Source: Candidatus Micrarchaeaceae archaeon
Lineage (GTDB): Archaea > Micrarchaeota > Micrarchaeia > Micrarchaeales > CABMGC01
Length of the DNA: 10,958 bases
NCBI GenBank assembly: GCA_038877255.1
Contig: JAVYWZ010000021.1
Span: 1 to 10,958, forward strand
Direction: 5' to 3'
In this document: one piece after another, positions 6,354-10,958 of the stretch
How positions within the stretch are numbered: position 1 is the first letter of the stretch
Layout: the number at the start of each line of letters is the position of its first letter
Notes under the pieces: model-generated
The model's database searches: none
Told to the model about the DNA's origin: nothing
Seen by the model: only the letters and a program-made list of their open reading frames with translations
Made by a program: the position numbers and the translations under genes

Positions 6354-6643
6354 TTTACCACCGGTAAATTATCAAGCCCTTTCAAATAGATTGTTGCGCC
6401 TTCGATTGCCTTTTTTGTTTTTTTGAATATTGGCACTTTTGCAATGCGCTTCTTTTTAGAATCATAAATTTCTGCATATGATTTTTTCAAATCTTCTGCT
6501 TCTTTAAATGCCCCTCTTTCATATGTTATTTTATAAAATCTGGCTTTGCTCTTCTTGAGTGCGCTGCTAAACGCTTTCCAGTTTGCCTCTGAAGGATTGC
6601 TGTTAAGCGCGGCTGCCGCTTCTAAAAGTTTGTTCATACTCAT
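6350..6643 (-). CDS. Small basic hypothetical protein, translationally coupled to cysD
   Basis: 97-aa Lys-rich ORF. Its TGA overlaps the cysD ATG (ATGA at 6353-6350), and it starts 4 nt after the RHH stop. Confidence 0.7.
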   Translation of the reverse strand: MSMNKLLEAAAALNSNPSEANWKAFSSALKKSKARFYKITYERGAFKEAEDLKKSYAEIYDSKKKRIAKVPIFKKTKKAIEGATIYLKGLDNLPVVK

Positions 6644-6647
6644 AGGA

Positions 6648-6863
6648 TCACTTCAGATAGCCAAGCGCGCGCAATTTTTTTACTATTTCATTGTTCTTAC
6701 CTTTGTCCTTTGATTCTATGTCTGCAACTGTTTCGCGCAGCACATAAGTTGCATAGTTAGACACCGAAGAGAAGCCCGTATTGCTTATCTGCTTTTGTAT
6801 GCGCTCGAAGAGCGGCGATGGTATTGTTATCGTCGTATATTTTCTTTGTTTTACGTTTTTCAT
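6648..6863 (-). CDS. CopG/Arc/MetJ ribbon-helix-helix regulator with C-terminal KLRALGY tail
   Basis: KYTTITIP (ribbon), LFERIQKQI (helix A), GFSSVSNYATYVLRE (helix B). First gene of the cysDN operon. Confidence 0.85.
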   Translation of the reverse strand: MKNVKQRKYTTITIPSPLFERIQKQISNTGFSSVSNYATYVLRETVADIESKDKGKNNEIVKKLRALGYLK

Positions 6864-6865
6864 TG

Positions 6866-6925
6866 CATCACGTCATCATATTGTTATCACATGTTGCTAC
6901 ATTATATTACATTAAAATATAAAAA
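6866..6925 (-). promoter_or_regulatory. Promoter/operator of the RHH-cysDN operon
   Basis: TATA-like TTTTTATAT (6925-6917). YACAT repeats on the + strand at exact 10-bp spacing (6888, 6898, 6908). RBS-like GTGATG at 6871-6866. Confidence 0.5.
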
Positions 6926-6949
6926 GGTATGCTTAAAGTGCGTATTTCA

Positions 6950-9721
6950 CTATGCTTTCCAATATTTTCTTGTTTTTATGAAGTTTCTTTGTGCGTTTAG
7001 CAGGTCAATATAAAATTCTTTATAGCTTTTTCTAAGCATTTTTAACACACGGGCCGCTGTTTCTAGCCCTATGCCATATGTAGAAAGAGCCATAAGGGCC
7101 CTGTTGCCATATGCCTCAACAAGGCCAGTTTCCCTAATCATTTCCTCATAATCCTTTTGCTCTTTTTCATTAACTTTCTTGCCTTTCTTTTTCTTCTGCC
7201 AAGCATCTAGCCTTGCGTCTGTATAAACGCAGAGCATAGGGCTTTTGCACCTTTGGCATAAAATCCTTTCATCTTTTTCTGTTATTTCATGTTCAAACAC
7301 AAAGCCGCAATAAGTGCAGAAAAGCTCAATATTTTTGCCTATAAGTTCTTTTTTAATGTTATTTATCTCCTCTTCGCTGTGCGTTTCTACAAGAAGTTCG
7401 CCATAGGCGTAGTTTGCCTTAAGTAATTCGTTGCCAAGGGCAGATATTCCATCGTTCGTCTCTACGCTTATGTTGCCTAATTTTACCTCTTTTAAGAACG
7501 ACGTTGCAGTTTCGATGTCAAAATAATTTTCCAAAATGTCGCGTTTTGCTTCTTCGTACACCGGTGTGCCCTTATAGAAATTCAAAAGCTTCAGCGCACT
7601 GCTTCTTGTTACTGTAGCGCTCTTCTCAATTACCCCAGCAAGCTTTGCAGTTTGAACCAGCCTGTACCTGAAAAGGTCCGAATTTACAAGGTAAGCGTCA
7701 CCTTTCATTAGCTGGAGCAGTGCTCCAGAACTGAGCAACCTTTCTATGCTTGTTTCTTGTGCTGCTGATTGCACTCTGACTATTATTGCATAAGGCGTTG
7801 CAGTTGCGTTAACTTGTCTGCCTGAAGAGACGGATACAGCATACGCAATGAGCCTCGCAATTAATTCGTTTGCTAGCCTGCCCAACGGCGCATAAATTAT
7901 TGAAAAGTCTTCTCCTCTTTCGATAATTAACTTGCTATTTATTGGCTCAAAAAATTTTCTTTGTTTTATTGAAAATTCTTCGATCGCATTTAGAAGGTCA
8001 TTGTTAATGAGTTTCTTATAGCGTTCTGCGCCTTGGCTTATGAGTTCAAATACCATTTTTGCAGTCTCTTTTGTTACTGGTATGTCTTCTCCTTCCCAAT
8101 CTGGAACAGCAGCTTCTATGTCCTTGCTCAACTCAGCAGTTACTGTTTGCTCGTCTATGCTTACAACACGCCACGTAACGCCTTTGGTTATGAAAACAGT
8201 GCCTTCATCAAGGTATTTTGATACGAATGATTCGTCAAGCGACGCTATGGTTTTATTTGTAACAATGTCCTTTACTGTATATTTTGATATTTCCGGAATT
8301 ACGCTTATGTTAGCGTAAAAGTAGTTTCTTGTGCGCGCCCCCTGCCCAAGTTCATTGCCTACACGTTTCAAAAGCTTTTGTTCTACTGCAAAAGCTACTG
8401 TTTTGTCAAACTCTTCTCTGCTAAGCGATGAATACGGTGCTGCTCTTTTAATTATTCCATATGCTTTGTCAGCATCAAGCTTGCCGTATTCTAAGCTTAT
8501 TCCGCAGAGCTGATTTATTAGCACGTCTTTTGCATTTTTCTGCATGTGCTGTTTTTCCAGCCTATTCTCCTTTGCCTGAATCAATATCGCAAGAGATTCG
8601 AGCGCATCTATTATGTTTGCTACTACTATTTTGCCGTTTGCGATAGCATGTTCTCTATGGCCGCCCCTGCCAACGCGCTGCACGAGCCTTGTAACCTGTT
8701 TTGGCGATCCGTACTGTATTACCAGGTCAACGCTGCCTATATCTATGCCTAGCTCAAGAGAGCTTGTAGCTATTATGCTCTTCAAAGCGCCTTCCTTAAA
8801 TGCATTTTCTACGCTTATGCGTTCAGCCTTGTCCAAAGAGCTATGATGTACGCCTATTCCGCCAAAAGGCTCCTGCTTGTCAAAATAAATGAGCTTGTTG
8901 CCTAGGGACTCTACTATCTGCCTTGTGTTTGCAAAAATCAGCACAGACTTCGATTTCCTTATAGAGTCTGCTATGCATTCTATGCGTGCAAGCGATTTGC
9001 TGTCAATGCCGAATTGCTTTTCAAATGTTTTGAGCTCATGTTCTGGTTTTTTCGGCATCTCTATGCTTATTTCAAGCCGTTTTGCTTCCGGTGCTTCTGC
9101 TATTTTACACTCTTTGCCATTAAAGAGCCATTCCTTTACTTCATCGACGTTGCCAACAGTTGCACTTATGCCTATCCTTTGGAAATCTTTAGCGTATGCC
9201 TCAAGCCTTTCCAGAGCTATAGCAAGCTGCGCTCCGCGCTTATTGTAGAAAAGCTCGTGCACTTCGTCTATTATTATCGCTTCAACGTTTTCAAGCGCTT
9301 TCCTGAGGCGTTGCGAGAGAAAAAGGTTTTGCAAGCTCTCTGGCGTTGTTATTAATATGATTGGCGGCTTTGCCGCTTGTTTCTGTCTTTCAGATTGCGG
9401 CGTGTCTCCATGGCGTATAGCAATCTCTATGCCTGTATTTTTAGCAAGCCAATCTAGCCTTTTGAGCAGATCCCTGTTCAGCGCGCGCAAAGGCGTTATA
9501 TATATTGCTTTTATGCCTTCAAAGCGTTCTTTTTTGTTTTTCTCTTCAAATAGCCTTTGCATAACAGGTATTACCGCCGCTTCTGTCTTGCCGCTGCCTG
9601 TTGCTGCAATTATTAAGCAATTGCTTCTGCCGTAAACTATCGGCAATGCAGCTTGCTGAATATCAGTAAGACTGCCAAAGCGCTCCAGAAAAAGGTCATA
9701 AACTGATATTTGGTCCTGCAT
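6950..9721 (-). CDS. lhr: Lhr-family ATP-dependent SF2 helicase with C-terminal Cys-rich (Zn) domain
   Basis: Q motif LTDIQ, ATGSGKT, YITPLRALNRD, RHGDTPQSER, TTPESL, DEVH, SAT, HHSSL, ATSSLELGIDIG, QRVGRGGH and the Lhr-type PDWEGE. CTYC and CQRC occur near the C-terminus. Start is ATG 9721 or TTG 9739. Confidence 0.95.
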   Translation of the reverse strand: MQDQISVYDLFLERFGSLTDIQQAALPIVYGRSNCLIIAATGSGKTEAAVIPVMQRLFEEKNKKERFEGIKAIYITPLRALNRDLLKRLDWLAKNTGIEIAIRHGDTPQSERQKQAAKPPIILITTPESLQNLFLSQRLRKALENVEAIIIDEVHELFYNKRGAQLAIALERLEAYAKDFQRIGISATVGNVDEVKEWLFNGKECKIAEAPEAKRLEISIEMPKKPEHELKTFEKQFGIDSKSLARIECIADSIRKSKSVLIFANTRQIVESLGNKLIYFDKQEPFGGIGVHHSSLDKAERISVENAFKEGALKSIIATSSLELGIDIGSVDLVIQYGSPKQVTRLVQRVGRGGHREHAIANGKIVVANIIDALESLAILIQAKENRLEKQHMQKNAKDVLINQLCGISLEYGKLDADKAYGIIKRAAPYSSLSREEFDKTVAFAVEQKLLKRVGNELGQGARTRNYFYANISVIPEISKYTVKDIVTNKTIASLDESFVSKYLDEGTVFITKGVTWRVVSIDEQTVTAELSKDIEAAVPDWEGEDIPVTKETAKMVFELISQGAERYKKLINNDLLNAIEEFSIKQRKFFEPINSKLIIERGEDFSIIYAPLGRLANELIARLIAYAVSVSSGRQVNATATPYAIIVRVQSAAQETSIERLLSSGALLQLMKGDAYLVNSDLFRYRLVQTAKLAGVIEKSATVTRSSALKLLNFYKGTPVYEEAKRDILENYFDIETATSFLKEVKLGNISVETNDGISALGNELLKANYAYGELLVETHSEEEINNIKKELIGKNIELFCTYCGFVFEHEITEKDERILCQRCKSPMLCVYTDARLDAWQKKKKGKKVNEKEQKDYEEMIRETGLVEAYGNRALMALSTYGIGLETAARVLKMLRKSYKEFYIDLLNAQRNFIKTRKYWKA

Positions 9722-9776
9722 TGCAACAGTTCTTTTCAATAGTGAGGCTTAAGCAAGAACAAAATATCCATTAGCT

Positions 9777-10958
9777 TTAGCTAAAAGGTATATACGCCGT
9801 GCCAAGCACGGTTTCGTTTTTGCCGTTTATTGTATAGTTAGCTATCAGGTTTAGATGCAGATTCAGTGCAAGGCCGCTCAGCATTGCCCCGTTTTCGTAG
9901 CATGTTGCGCTTATGTTTGTTGTTTCATTGCTTAGAAGCGTTTTATTCACTGGCGTGCTTTTGAAACTAGGAGACATATAACATGTAATGGAGTTTAGCT
10001 TTACTGTTTTATTCAGATTCTCCAGCCTAAACGAGATCGTGCTGTTATAAAAGCTTACGTTCGAGCATGCAAATGTGGTGTTGAACAAGCACGTATTCTT
10101 TATTCCTGAGACAAATGCAAGCGAAGGCCCTGTTATATTGAATCCTTTTATTATGCGCATATTTATTGGCACCTGATCAAGTAGCAGAGAGGTATTGACA
10201 AGCGAGTAGACCGAAATATTGTAATTGCCAATATATGCTCTCGTGTCGATCAACGAGGCGCCTGTTTGCTTTGCAGTTGCGTTAGCAAAAACATACTCAT
10301 TGCAAAAACTGTCTGTGTTATTAGTGCTTATTAAGCCATAGCAGGTGTTGTTTTCTTCAGATCTGTTTATGCTCGCTATGCTCGCATAGATTAAAGATAC
10401 ATTTTCGAAGTACGCCAGCGTTCCTGAAACGCTCGCATTATTGTCAACTAAGGAATAATTGCCTAGCGATATGCTGTTTGCTATTCGCATTTTTTTGAAA
10501 AATCTACTTGTGTTTATGCTGCTTATTTTGCTTGTTTTATTGGCCTGTATCACATTTGCGCATGTACCTTTGCCATTAACAACGAGCATCTTTATCCAGC
10601 CTTGGGAATAGTAGCTGCAGAGGCTTGTACTGTTTGAAAATCTGATAAAAGTCACTGTTTTGTTATCTATGCTTTTATTCGTGGATTTTATGCTGTTTAT
10701 CAATGCAGCAGTATTTGTTATGTTTGGCGAAATGTCGCCCCGAAGCCATATTGCATACGCAGAACTTCCATTTGCATATTTCGCAGAAGCAAACGTAAGT
10801 GAGCTTATGTAATTAAGCACGTATTTTAGCACAGAGTCCAAAAATTTATTTACTGTGTAATTGCTTGTCAGCTTTAAGTCTGTTATTCCATATGTTGCGT
10901 TGAGGTCGCTGGCTAAAGCATAGCCTGCTGAGTTTATTTTTGCAAAGCCTTCTTCTGT
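9777..10958 (-). CDS. Secreted/surface glycoprotein of unknown function (5' end outside window)
   Basis: The frame stays open past the track's 10841 start to the window edge (TEEGFAKINSAGYALASDLNATYGITDLKLTSNYTVNKF). Asn/Ser/Thr-rich, about 28 N-X-S/T sequons by manual count, 8 Cys. Confidence 0.8.
   Translation of the reverse strand, partial: TEEGFAKINSAGYALASDLNATYGITDLKLTSNYTVNKFLDSVLKYVLNYISSLTFASAKYANGSSAYAIWLRGDISPNITNTAALINSIKSTNKSIDNKTVTFIRFSNSTSLCSYYSQGWIKMLVVNGKGTCANVIQANKTSKISSINTSRFFKKMRIANSISLGNYSLVDNNASVSGTLAYFENVSLIYASIASINRSEENNTCYGLISTNNTDSFCNEYVFANATAKQTGASLIDTRAYIGNYNISVYSLVNTSLLLDQVPINMRIIKGFNITGPSLAFVSGIKNTCLFNTTFACSNVSFYNSTISFRLENLNKTVKLNSITCYMSPSFKSTPVNKTLLSNETTNISATCYENGAMLSGLALNLHLNLIANYTINGKNETVLGTAYIPFS

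Noticed and set aside
4361..6426. Several + strand ORFs (4361, 4664, 4952, 5261, 5687, 6028)
   Set aside because: Antisense to cysN/cysD with no independent coding signal. The same applies to 2111..2401, 3584..3805 and 3897..4133 opposite the MFS and sulfatase-like genes.
6795..9635. Short + strand ORFs opposite the RHH gene and lhr
   Set aside because: Antisense shadows of well-supported genes.
1..10958. CRISPR array, tRNA or rRNA genes
   Set aside because: No regularly spaced repeats or cloverleaf/rRNA-like segments were seen, and the intergenic spaces are short and otherwise accounted for.

Overview
Archaeal chromosomal window. TATA-box promoters, GGTGA-type RBSs, an archaeal Lhr helicase and a sequon-rich surface protein support this; a DPANN/Micrarchaeota-like origin is only my inference. 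Left to right: (1) a THUMP + FtsJ/RlmM-like RNA methyltransferase, missed by the ORF track and running off the left edge; (2) an orphan IS200/IS605-type right-end hairpin; (3) a PadR regulator with a palindromic operator, and an MFS transporter; (4) an internally deleted IS200/IS605 tnpB element that keeps its left end and most of the omegaRNA scaffold but has no right-end hairpin; (5) a Thr-nucleophile sulfatase-like AlkP enzyme, convergent with a minus-strand operon RHH regulator - hypothetical - cysD - cysN; (6) an Lhr helicase with a C-terminal Zn finger; (7) a heavily N-glycosylatable Cys-containing protein running off the right edge. The best candidate for a novel system is the sulfate-activation/sulfo-transfer module, in which the RHH protein and CysD end in the same KLRA(L/F)GY tail. 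The second is the padR-MFS pair bracketed by IS605 ends in 'inside-out' order.
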